Assembly: GCA_047967505.1 (NCBI GenBank)
Contig: CM106538.1
Length of the DNA: 64,000 nt
Source: Dipteris shenzhenensis
Lineage: Eukaryota
Reading direction: 5' to 3' (one strand)
Part shown: piece after piece, positions 49,520-61,050 of the stretch
Numbering within the stretch: the stretch's first letter is position 1
Layout: the number at the start of each line of letters is the position of its first letter
Position numbers and translations under genes: made by a program
The notes under the pieces: model-generated
What the model was told of the DNA's origin: nothing
What the model saw: the letters and a program-made list of their open reading frames with translations, nothing else
Databases searched by the model: none

Positions 49520-52380
49520 TGTGACTAAGAAAATTCGTGCATGTACTAACCAAATATGCATGTTGACTTATCTGTTGGGGATTAAACTTTGCACGGCTCT
49601 TAGGCTACCCTAGATGTACATCCATGCAAGATTTGGTCTCTAACTAATTTGGTATGTGCCACATGGAAGGTATAATGCGTACATTTTTACAATCCCTGCT
49701 AGTGACTACGTATGAAAAATGGCGCACGTACTAACCAAATAGGCATGTGGACTTATATGTTGGGGATTAAACATTGCACGGCTCTTAGGCTACCCTAGAC
49801 GTACATCCACGCAAGATTTGGTCTCCAACTGATTTGGTATGCACCACATGGAAGGTATAATGCGTACATTTTTACAATCCCTACTAGCACAACTATGTAT
49901 GAAAAATGGCGCACGTACTAATGAAATAAGCATGTGGATTTATCTGTTGGGGATGAAACTTCGCACAGCTCTTAGGCTACCCTAGACCTACATCCACGCA
50001 AGATTTGGTCTCCAACTAATTTGGTATGTGCCATGTGGAAGGTATAATGTGTACATTTTTGCAAGCACTCCCTACTAGTGACTAAGAAAATTCACGCACG
50101 TACTAACCAAATAGGCATGTGGACTTATCTGTTCAGGATGAAACTTCGCACGGCTCTTAGGCTACCCTAGACCTACATCCACGCAAGATTTGGTCTCCAA
50201 CTGATTTGGTATGTGCCACGTGGAAGGTATAATGCATACATTTTTGCAAGCACTCCCTACTAGTGACTACGTATGAAAAATGGCGCACGTACTAACCAAA
50301 TACGCATGTGGACTTATCTGTTGGGGATTAAACTTCGCACGGCTCTTAGGCTACCCTATTCCTACATCCACACAAGATTTGGTCTCTAGCTAATTTGGTA
50401 TGCACCACGTGGAAGGTATAATGCGTACATTTTTACAATCCCTACTAGCACGACTACATATGAAAAATGGCGCACGTACTAACGAAATACGCATGTGGAC
50501 TTATCTATTGGGGATGAAACTTTGCGCGGCTCTTAGGCTACCCTAGATGTAAATCCATGCAAGATTTGGTCTCCAACTGATTTGGTATGTGCCACGTGGA
50601 AGGTATAATGCATACATTTTTACAATCCTTACTAGTGACTACGTATGAAAAATGGCGCACGTACTAACCAAATAGGCATGTGGACTTATCTGTTGGGGAT
50701 TAAACTTTGCACGGCTCTTAGGCTCCCTAGACCTACATCCATGCAAGATTTGGTCTCCAACTGATTTGGTATGCGCCCCGTGGAAGGTATAATGCGTACA
50801 TTTTTACAATCCCTACTAGCACGACTATGTATGAAAAATGGCGCATGTACTAACGAAATACACATGTGGACTTATCTGTTGGGGATGAAACTTCGCACGG
50901 CTCTTAGGATCCCTAGACCTACATCCATGCAAGATTTGGTCTCCAACTGATTTGGTATGCACCATGTGGAAGGTATAATGCATACATTTTTACAATCCCT
51001 ACTAGCACGACTACGTATGAAAAATGGTGCATGTACTAACGAAATAGGCATGTGGACTTATATGTTGGGGATGAAACTTCGCATGGCTCTTAGGCTACCC
51101 TAGACCTACATCCATGCAAGATTTGGTCTCCAACTGGTTTGGTATGTGCCACGTGGAAGGTATAATGCGTAAATTTTTCAATCCTTACTAGTGACTACGC
51201 ATATAAAATGGCGCACATACTAACCAAATAGGCATGTGGACTTATCTGTTGGGGATGAAACTTTGCGCGGCTCTTAGGCTACCCTAGACCTATATCCACG
51301 CAAGATTTGGTCTCCAACTGATTTGGTATGTGCCACGTGGAAGGTATAATGCGTACATTTTTACAATCCCTACTAGCACGATTACGTATGAAAAATGGTG
51401 CACGTACTAACAAAATACGCATGTGGACTTATCTGTTGGGGATGAAACTTTGCATAGCTCTTAGGATCCCTAGACCTACATCCACGCAAGATTTGGTCTC
51501 CAACTGATTTGGTATGTGCCACGTGGAAGGTATAATGTGTACATTTTTCAATCCCTACTAGTGACTATGCATGAAAAATGGCGCACGTACTAACCAAATA
51601 GGCATGTGGACTTATCTGTTGGGGTTGAAACTTTGCAGGCTCTTAGGCTACCCTAGACATACATCCACACAAGATTTGGTCTCCAACTGATTTGGTATGT
51701 GCCACGTGGAAGGTATAATGCGTACATTTTTACAATCCCTACTAGCACGACTACGTATGAAAAATGGCGCACGTACTAACGAAATATGCATGTGGACTTA
51801 TCTGTTGGGGATGAAACTTTTCACGGCTCTTAGGCTACCCTAGACCTACATCCACGCAAGATTTGGTCTCCAACTGATTTGGTATGTGCCACGTGGAAGG
51901 TATAATGCGTACATTTTTCAATCCCTACTAGTGACCGCATGAAAAATGGCGCACGTACTAACCAAATAGGCATGTGGACTTATCTGTTGGGGATGAAACT
52001 TTGCGCGGCTCTTAGGCTACCTTAGACCTACATCCACGCAAGATTTGGTCTCCAATTGATTTGGTATGTGCCACATGGAAGGTATAATGCATACATTTTT
52101 ACAATTCCTACTAGTGACTACGCAGGAAAAATGGCGCATGTACTAACGAAATAGGCATGTACTAACGAAATAGGCATGTGGACTTATCTGTTGGGGATGA
52201 AACTTCGCACGGCTCTTAGGCTATGCTTGACCTACGTCCATGCAAGATTTGGTGTCCAACTGATTTGGTATGTGCCACGTGGAAGGTATAATGCGTACAT
52301 TTTTACAATCCCTACTAGTGACTACGTATGAAAATGGCACATGTACTAACCAAATACGCATGTGGACTTACATGATGGGG
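49520..52380. repeat. Tandem array of about 15.5 x ~185 bp inside the transposon
   Basis: The CATGTGGACTTA anchor recurs at 49559, 49744, 49931, 50116, 50305, 50492, 50677, 50863, 51049, 51233, 51420, 51603, 51789, 51971, 52175 and 52359. Confidence 0.97.
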
Positions 52381-52580
52381 ATGATTTTGGACCAATCGTA
52401 CATAATCATGTATTAATGTTTGACACATGTTACTACCAATGAGCACCATTCCATGCTACACATTGCCATTTTTTTCTTAATCTACAATTTACAAAAATTA
52501 GTGGCAATATTAGTGTAATAATTGCAAGCATTGATATATATGAAATTCAATATGATATTCAAAATGATAAAGTTCATAGC

Positions 52581-52582
<2 letters not shown>

Positions 52583-52651
<69 letters not shown>
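52583..52651. repeat. (GA)n microsatellite, about 34 units
   Basis: Uninterrupted GA run. Confidence 0.95.
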
Positions 52652-52655
<4 letters not shown>

Positions 52656-52980
52656 TACTTGAACACCTTTTCAATGCTTAATGTTTATAATTACTTCACA
52701 CGGCATTATTTTTAAAATACCTTATGTATTATATGTGTGAATTGAGATATCTAAAATTCAAAATGATACTCCTAATTTTAAATGTTTATGTTAGATTTGA
52801 ACAAACTATAAACTGAGATAAACAAAGTAAGAAGAACATCATGAAAGTACCAAAATGCTCATATATCATAAAAGTAAGAACAACATCATGAGAGTACCAA
52901 AATGAATGTGTACATCATCATCATCATCATCATCGTGCAGAAGTGCATCCCTAAACAAGATATGTGTGAAGCCTAAACAA

Positions 52981-55900
52981 TCATCCTGAATCAGAATCTG
53001 ATAACTCCACATATGATCTTCTAGTCATCCTCTAACGTGGCTCCTGTATGACCCGCTGTCCAACCGTTCGCTGTGTGCCCTCAGGCAAAGCCGGATTAGA
53101 TGGGCCAGCCTCATCTCCTGGAGCAAATGGGCTAGCCTCATCCTGATGAAGAGGAGGGCATGCTGCACGAGCCACTGCTACCATCTCTGCCTCCCTCGCC
53201 TCCTCTATGTATGCGCGCCTCAGCTCCCAAAGTCATTCATCTGTGAATACTCGTGCCTCAAATCCAGTGTGAGTAATCATCTCTACATGTAGAAGACACT
53301 GGTCTTGACCTCGCCCAAGCTGCTGCTCCACCCACTGCTACAATGATATATGAAGCTCTGCCTCTTGCTCAATATGACATGCCTTCTCTGCTTGTGCCTC
53401 GTCACCTGGCATGAAATCACCATATGAGAAGCGTCATGAAACACATGCTGCAACCACTGAAGTATCAGTACCCTCCTACTGCAGCAACGCTCTCTGTGCC
53501 TCCTCCCTGTAGTGCTCTATCAAGACGACGTGGGCAAATGGATCAATGGCCTGACGATGACCAGGATATAGATCATCCATGCCTAGTCCTCTGTATGTGG
53601 CCACATCAATGTCAACAAAGCATATAAGGCACACTGATCATGCCACCATGTGGTGGGTCATGCAATGGAGATGTGTGATGTGGCCGCACCCTAGTCCAAA
53701 CCACACTACGGTGTCAAAATCCTCATGGCAAAGGACGCAAGTGGCAGTAGGAAGCCCGTGACTGGTGCATCTATGGGTGTCCTAGTCGGCACATCTACAG
53801 GAGGAGCGGGGTATAGGGCCACACTGGGGTCGATCCTATGGCGATATGGATCACGACTAATATGTCTCAACTGCAAAATATAGTGCTCCGCTTGGTGGTA
53901 GGCTATGCATGTCCAAATCCTCTGCTCCTCCAAATCTACCTCCAACTGTCGTACACGAGATGTCGTACACGAGAGTCCACATCCTGTCACAATAGATGTG
54001 CTTGCCAAGCAAACATGTCGCGTACATGGTGAGAATGAACCAAAAAACTTCAGTTCAAAACACGCAACAAAAAATTAAACTAAAATAATCAGAATAACTA
54101 ACCTTGACCCTAGACTTAGCCAACAATGCCTCCAACTCTGCAATCCGTGCATCTCGAGTATCCAACTCATGCTGAGGCGGTGTAGATGTGGTTCGAGGTG
54201 GTGTAGATGTGGGAGGCTCCATAGATGTGGGAGGTGGGGGAGGTGGAGTTGAAAGTGATCTCGATAGGGCAGAGACCATGTCGTGCAAGGATGAGGCCAC
54301 TGAATGAACATCCCCCCTAATCCGTCCTCCAACAGCTCATAATGCTAGTGCAGGGATAGTGTGCAGCTTTGGTGCCTCGCATCGACACCGAACACCTGTA
54401 GTCTGATGCTCCTGACGCCCCATCCTACCATGTCCCACTCCGGATCCTGGACGGGTACTAAGGTAGTCTACCTGATGACCAAGCACAAACTCAACGTATA
54501 GCTGCATGGCAAATGACCTGGCTATTTGACGGTTGTGAGGCAATCGACCACCATTCGCAGCGAGATATCTCGAATAAATGTGTGCTGCTATGACGGGGTG
54601 CCTACAACGTAAAATATAAAAGGGCAGCCTTGATCATGGTCACATCGCCTCAGTGTGACCATCCCAAAACATATCCTCTAAGGCCTGCCTATGAGGTGAC
54701 TCATGCTCAAACAACTCTTGAATGGCTCTCCAATCCAAGCCATGACCAGTGATCTCTGCCTCAGCCTGTGCCTACAAGGTATCCAAAATGTCCTCAACTG
54801 TGTCTAATCGACCTAGAGCATCAATGACTGAATCTAGACTCACAACCAAGTGAGGGGGTGCCCTAGCATCCTGCAGTGCCCTCATCTCAGCTCTCAAAAT
54901 CGCTATTTGCATACGAACAATGGTGCCAGAATGGCTAGTGCATGCACAAAAAAAACACATGGAAATTAATATTCTATTTGGATAATGAAAATTAATATTC
55001 TATTCAATCGGACTTAATAATCTATTTATGTAATGAAAACTTTTAGGTAGCCAATTTTGATTGAATTTTTGCAAAAGCTCATGACAAGGTTTCATGGAAT
55101 TACATAAGTCTTTGTATTTGTCTATGTAACTATATCCATACATAGATCTACAACCTTCCCTAGTTCCCTATTTCTATAGTTTCACGTGCCACCTAAAGGG
55201 ATTGCATGCCACATGACCTACCCTCTCCTATTTGTTTGATTGATTACACTTAGTCATGTACTCCTTGATGAGGTAGGATGTCGTTGGGATCATCCTATGC
55301 ACCTAGCGGTAGATGGGCCAAATGTGTGGCTATGCCTACAACAGTGCTATGTTGCAAATGCAACACATGCACTCCCTACATGCTCTAAGTTGCTCCACTC
55401 TTCAATGGAAGATGCACACAAAATAGTTATTTAACGGTGTTATTAAAAAAGGGATTTAGATACATCCTTGGTCTTATTTCATTTTCAAAGAAATTTCAAA
55501 CTTCGTGTTAAAGATGCTACACTTCCCTAATTTGAAAAATAATATAAAAACTACTTTAATCTCTTTTTTAAAATAAACGAAATAGATGATTTTAAAAAAC
55601 AAAATATATACGTTTTGACATTTAAATAAAAACTTCACTAACTTGAAAAATAATATAAAAGCTACTTTAAACTCTTATTTTCTTTTTTTTAATAGATGAT
55701 TTCTAAAAACAAAATTTAAACGTTTTTATATTTAATTCAAAACTTCACTAATTTAAAAAATAACATAAAAACTACTTTAATCTCTTTTTTTTTTAATAGA
55801 TGATTTTAAAAAACAAATATATTTATTTTTTGACATTTAAAAAAAAACTTCACTAACTTAAATAATATAAAAGCTACCTTAAACTCTTATTTTCTTTTTT

Positions 55901-56281
55901 TTTAAAATATGATTTTTAAAAATAAAATTTAAACATTTTTTTATTTAAATAAAAATAGCACTAATTTAAAAAATAACATAAAAACTACTTTAATCTCCTT
56001 TTTTAAAATAGATGATTTTAAAAAATAAAATATATACATTTTCACTTTAAAAAAAAAAACTTACGTAATAAAAAAAATAAATTAAAAAAACTTTAAAATG
56101 CATTTGAAATTTTAAAATATTTTACAATTAAATTAGATATTCCTATAAACTAAAATTTCACAAAAAAAAAAGCTACATTAAAAAAACCTTACCTGGAATC
56201 CCTCGCTCCGTCCATCTTCGTCGTTGTCCATCGGTCCTTGTCTGTCGCTGCCACAATTCCGTCGAGCTCTCGCAAATCCAT
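52981..56281 (-). pseudogene. Transposon accessory gene: unknown domain, Pro tract, coiled-coil-like segment and RING-H2 finger; spliced, disrupted
   Basis: TATATAAA at 56346-56339 and ATG at 56281. Candidate exons 56281-56193, 54934-54103 and 53983-~52981 have phase-compatible GT-AG ends. ORFs 54772-54960, 54337-54543 and 54055-54300 share one frame broken only by TAG/TGA. CVLC-x13-CGHITHLHC-x10-CLIC at 53739-53620. Confidence 0.72.
55520..56060. repeat. AT-rich tandem repeat, about 5 x ~108 bp, in the first intron of the accessory gene
   Basis: CTAC(T/C)TTAA anchor at ~55551, 55662, 55772, 55874 and 55985. Confidence 0.85.
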
Positions 56282-56299
56282 CGATTTTGATGAGAAGGA

Positions 56300-56935
56300 G
56301 CTCGATCGAGGTTTGAAGAATGACGGGGGGTCCCTCTCTTTATATACAAAAATTTAGGGTTTCACTACCTTGATCGAGGTATTTCACATGCCACATACAC
56401 ATCGATCCATCATACCTCGATCGAGGTATAGACATGCCACGATACCTCGATCACATGCCACGATACCTCAATCAAGGTATTTGACATGCCTCATATACAT
56501 CGGTCCAGCATACCTTGATCGAGATTTTGACCTGCCACGATACCTCGATCGAGGTATGTCAGTTGCCAGCTGGATGCCACATACCTCGAACGTGGTATTG
56601 GATATGCTGCCAAGTCATCGGGCCAGCATACCTCGATTGAGGTATGTGGACTTGCCACAGTACGATCGAGGTATGTCATCTACCATGTCGGATGCCACAT
56701 ACCTCAATCGTGGTATTTGACACGATCGATGTCATCTATCCACGATACCTCAATCGAGGTATGTGGACTTGCCACAATACCTCGATCGAGGTATAGGTGG
56801 CTTGCCACGATACCTCGATCGAGGTATAGGCTCGGTTCGGTGAAAGAAAGTCTAGGACCTCGATCGAGGTATTGGCTTGGCTCGGTTGTCCTTGTGTGTG
56901 AATTTCATTGGAGACAATACCTCGATCGAGGTATT
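56300..56935. repeat. Cluster of about 16 copies of the 18-bp palindrome ATACCTCGATCGAGGTAT
   Basis: Perfect copies at 56412, 56540, 56777, 56810 and 56917. The others are variants or half-sites with variable spacers. Confidence 0.93.
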
Positions 56936-56995
56936 TCACACCGAAGCAAAACCTTTGTATTTTCACTCGAGGGGGTGTCACACTCACCCGTCCGG

Positions 56996-57024
56996 AAGTG
57001 GACACCCTTAGCTTGCTACCTCCC
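56996..57024 (-). repeat. Right terminal inverted repeat
   Basis: AAGTGGACACCCTTAGCTTGCTACCTCCC. Confidence 0.95.
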
Positions 57025-57028
57025 TAAG

Positions 57029-57833
57029 GTGGCATGGGTCCTCCATACACCACCCCTCCACCTAGGCGGTCCCCACGCCTGCATTTAGTGAGATATGGCC
57101 CAAGGACCATGGGAGAAGTAATATAAAATAGGTGGAGATGGATATTATATTGGATTATTCCCTCCATGTAGGATAGGCCGATGTGGTGGGGGGTATAGAA
57201 AGTCCAAGAATGCAAGTTAAATAATGGGAAAGTAGGATGAGGTGGCAAGATTCCTTGTGCCAACCCTCCACTTGTCCTCCTAGATGTTTGAACGTATTAT
57301 AAAATTGGGAAGAGGCCAAGGGAGTATCTTAGACTTGGGATATGGGGGTTGATATATGTGGAAAAATGAGGCAAAGGGTTGTCACACACAATTGAGAGTG
57401 CATAACTGCCTAGCCCACATGGGACACTCTTCCAGACACACCATGCATGTGGGAGGATGCATTTATTGGGAGAGACCCCCTCTCTTCGCTATAAAAGGAG
57501 GGGGCTATTCCTTGATGGAACACGCTCATTCTTGTAAAGCCACCTAGTTAGTAGTTTGATTTCTTCCCCCCCATCCTTCCTTTCAAATAAAGCATGACCC
57601 TCCTCCCTTGATGTCTCCATCTCTACATTCCTCGTCCCATTATGTACATGCTCCTCTTTCCCCTCTCCCTCTTCCCTTGTGCCATAGTCTCCCTCTTCAT
57701 TCCCACCCCTCTTAATCCCTTTTCCCCACCCATGTTAATGCTTCTCCCCTCACGTTCCCTTTTCCTACATGGCCCTCGAGTGTCGCCATGCCTAGCGTCT
57801 AGCCTCTTGTCTCGAATTCTTTTCTAGTTAATA
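57029..57833 (+). repeat. Continuation of the gypsy 3' LTR split by the Sola2-like insertion (end uncertain)
   Basis: Follows the TSD. Shares motifs with 44250-44345 (ATAAAATA.GGTG, CC.TCCATGTA.GA, GGATGAGGTGGCA). TATAAAAGG at ~57490. Confidence 0.65.
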
Positions 57834-58176
57834 GTACCAACCAACCAAACCAATTTGGAGTAATACATGAACCTGTACAATGACTTATTAAGATGTTTCT
57901 GAATCTGTTTTCACATGCTATTTTCTTAGTGGCTCTTTTTTGTTTGTGATAGGGTATTTTTTTAAAGGGCCTCACCCATGCTCTAAGAGTGCTTGACTGG
58001 GTATGGTTGTAAGCTAGGGTTAAGTTCAAAGAGAAACTAGACACCTTTTCATAACAAAAATTAAGTACAACACGTGTGAGTACTACTTGCTATGTCTCTC
58101 ATGAAGAATCAAGATGTAACAATGGGCCAGAATAAATAACAAGGGCGCACATCATGTGCTCGGATAGCACTGCTTT

Positions 58177-58220
<44 letters not shown>

Positions 58221-58939
58221 CCGGGGGGAGAGAAAGAAAAGAAATAAATTTATTAAAAGTCTTCGAAAGACCAAAAGGGTCTTTAAGACTAATAAAGAAA
58301 CTGGTACAATGAGCTGAGGGTGGAGCAAGCATCAGCACCCATGGTGAGTACAAATAGAAACCCAAAGTCCTGAATCATAATGGCATCAGTACACGGTGAG
58401 AGTTCTCTGGGCTCTCGGAGTGGGAACAAAAAGAACCATCAACTCTAGGAGGGGGGCGTCAATGTACAAGGTTGATGTGTCCATGATAGGTCTGTAGCAA
58501 CTATCAACAAGTGTGGTCCGTTGTGGTCTCTTGACTATAGCCCTGCAACGAACGATTGCTACCATCATTCCTGTGGGTTGGTCCCTAGTTTGGTGAATGG
58601 CAAAGGGAGGTCCCCAAGTGTGATATGTGCCTCTGTTGCATGCGGGTCTGGAGTGTCTCTAGCTCTGGCTTGGGTCTTTGAGGTTGCCCTCTCCATGGGT
58701 CTGCCAGTCGGTGCTATCTGGTTGGAAAAATTCAGTGATCATGCTCTGATTAGGGTCTGGCTATGTGTCATGTCTCTACATGTTCTAAGCAACTGCTCCC
58801 TATGTTGGACAACCTCATGGATGAAGGCCACCAGGAATCTCTGGTTTAGGTAGGATAGGAGGCTAGATAAAGGTCCATGACCATGTCTGAAAAGGCAGTA
58901 GTAGTGACCTTTGATCTCATAGGCACTCCCTAGGTATGC

Positions 58940-58987
<48 letters not shown>

Positions 58988-59905
58988 TCTTAGGCGATGA
59001 GTGTCCAAAATTGATTGGGAGAAGACTTTTATGAAAATGTTAGTAGAGTGGCTACCTTGCAAGGCATCGCTTTAACGAAAGAGTAGTAACTCTAGACATG
59101 CTCTTTGAATGTCAAATTTGACTAAGGTGGAAAATGGCGATACGATCGTATTTCTTACTTGAGAGCCATCTTTCGGTACGCTGCCTTTATTTGCTGTTCA
59201 GATGCATCTTGAGGGACATTCAAGACTTCGTATGGATCCCTTCTCAGCTTTGAAGAAGTGACTACATCTTCCTCTGATGTGCCGAATTAGATGGTCAAAA
59301 TATATTACGTGCTTTTGAGGTGTCGAATAGAACACAAAGTTTTTAGTTGTGCCTAGATTCGTCTGGCATCAGTAGCCCACTGATACATCAGAATCCGCAG
59401 GCAGAGATCAACATCAAGCTTTGGCTTTGATGCCACTTGAAGCTCTAAAAAATGAATGGTATTCTTGAGAGGAATCTCGATAAACAACTCCCAAATGGAT
59501 GCTGTGGTTACGCTGCAATCCTCTGCGTCATTAAAGAGAGAGGTTGTGTGTTGAAAGACTTCCATGGAGCATTTATTGACAAAAGGTGTGGAAACGAAGC
59601 GTGTACTCTAAGTGAATATGATAGCGAGTATTGTTGCGAGAGCATAGACACAATCGCCATAGCATGCGGCAACTAGTCATGTCTTGTGCGAGCAACGAGT
59701 CACGCATGCTGAATATCTCCATAGCTAGAAGCTCCTCGGCCTCATAAATTCTTGATTCAAATCATTTGCTTCAAATTCAACTTCCTAAGCTTAATACCTC
59801 CAAGATCCTCAAGCCCAAAGCTCCATATCACCAAGCACCTCAGAGCTTCAATATTGATGCTCCATAGCATCTGAAGTCATCTTGGGTTTTGGAGCTATCA
59901 TGGAT
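57834..59905. repeat. Local segmental duplication, copy B (paralog of 38168-40190)
   Basis: Colinear LINE 3' fragment (58212-58941, minus), (GA)n tracts, DnaJ exon 1 and upstream region. Confidence 0.93.
59159..59278 (-). pseudogene. Orphan duplicate of DnaJ exon 1 (copy 3), start codon deleted
   Basis: [40 protein letters not shown]|gtaag; the ATGTCTAATCAA segment is missing. Confidence 0.9.
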
Positions 59906-59989
59906 CGTGTCGCGACATGATTATGGGGTAATCCTACTCCATGGAGAGACCTCTCGGATTGGATGAATGGGATAATAGTACCTCTTGAG

Positions 59990-61050
59990 GCCACTTACCT
60001 TGAGATGGCAGAACCCCCAAATGTCTACCAACACTTTCCTAAAATACTATCAAAAAATTTGGCCAGTACGTTGAAAGTGTCGACACCAGCCCAGTACTTC
60101 CCATCTGCTACCAAAATAAGAGTGTGATTGCTGCAACCTTGGATGGAGGAGCGGGTGTAAGCATAGTCACTAAGCAATGTTGGACCAAGTGGGGATGACC
60201 TAAGATGGATAGCACAAACCTTATAGTCAAATTGGCTTATGGAGCAATAGCCCAACCGGTAGGATTTCTAATGAACTTAAAAAACCAACTAGATGGCCAT
60301 GAGATCATATTTGGTAGACATTTCATGTGTACTAAAGGATCGATCTCCATGACTGGAGCTCGAATAGAATATATTTAAGTAAGGACGAGCACATCATGAG
60401 GGTCAATCTCCAAACATGGAAGGCTCACCCTATGTCCAAAAATCTATTCCTACTTGAATCTAACACTAGGAATAGGTCAACATTAATAAATGCATTCAAA
60501 GCTTATAAGAAAGTGGAAAACATGAAGAGTCTTAAAGATTCTTGATATGCTCCTTTACATGAGTGAGAAGACTCACCAAATTGGATGCATACATTGGTCA
60601 TAATAAATCTGCCAACTACTAAAGGAACTTAGACGATGCACCTTGACACTGATAAACCTACTACCACTACACCTATTTACACCATAAGAGTGGTACTATT
60701 AATGAAATTGAACCTACAATTAACTCCATTGATACTAAGGAGATAGATATTACTCCATCTCAACTTTGGTAGATCTGACATCAACAAGTTTGAATACAGG
60801 CCCTGGAAGATGGTTGAGTGAGCAACAACCTCGTCTCTTGAGAGGCATTGAAACATCTAGGCCATGTAATGCTTGAACTTTGTGGTTTTGAAACTCAATC
60901 CATAGGAGGTATCTCAATAAAGGTTGTTGGTTCTTTAATGATGTATTTTCCATGGACAATCACATTGTTCCTTGCAAGTTTTTTGTAACTCTTGTAGGTA
61001 CCTTAATAGTAGTAGCAATTCTTGGTAGAAGTTGGATCCAATTCACTTCT
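59990..61050 (+). mobile_element. Degenerate Ty3/gypsy protease remnants
   Basis: TLDGGAGVSIVTKQCW...LIVKLAYGAIAQPVG at ~60135-60262, and AILGRSW at ~61015-61035. Confidence 0.55.

Larger units (their letters stand above)
44380..57024 (+). mobile_element. Complete 12.6-kb Sola2-like DNA transposon with two convergent genes
   Basis: 29-bp TIRs matching 28/29, GGG...CCC ends, 4-bp TSD TAAG (44376-44379 and 57025-57028), and Sola2-type transposase motifs. Confidence 0.88.

Noticed and set aside
49520-52380. CRISPR-like array
   Set aside because: Units are similar along their whole length, with no unique spacers and no cas genes, in a eukaryotic context.
46262-56281. U-to-C RNA editing rescuing the TAG/TGA stops
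   Set aside because: Such editing is organellar in ferns and hornworts. Frameshifting duplications are also present, and methyl-C deamination explains the stops.
56300-56935. CRISPR-like palindromic repeats with spacers
   Set aside because: Spacers are irregular in length and related to each other (GCCAC/GTGG motifs). Better explained as TE cis-sites.
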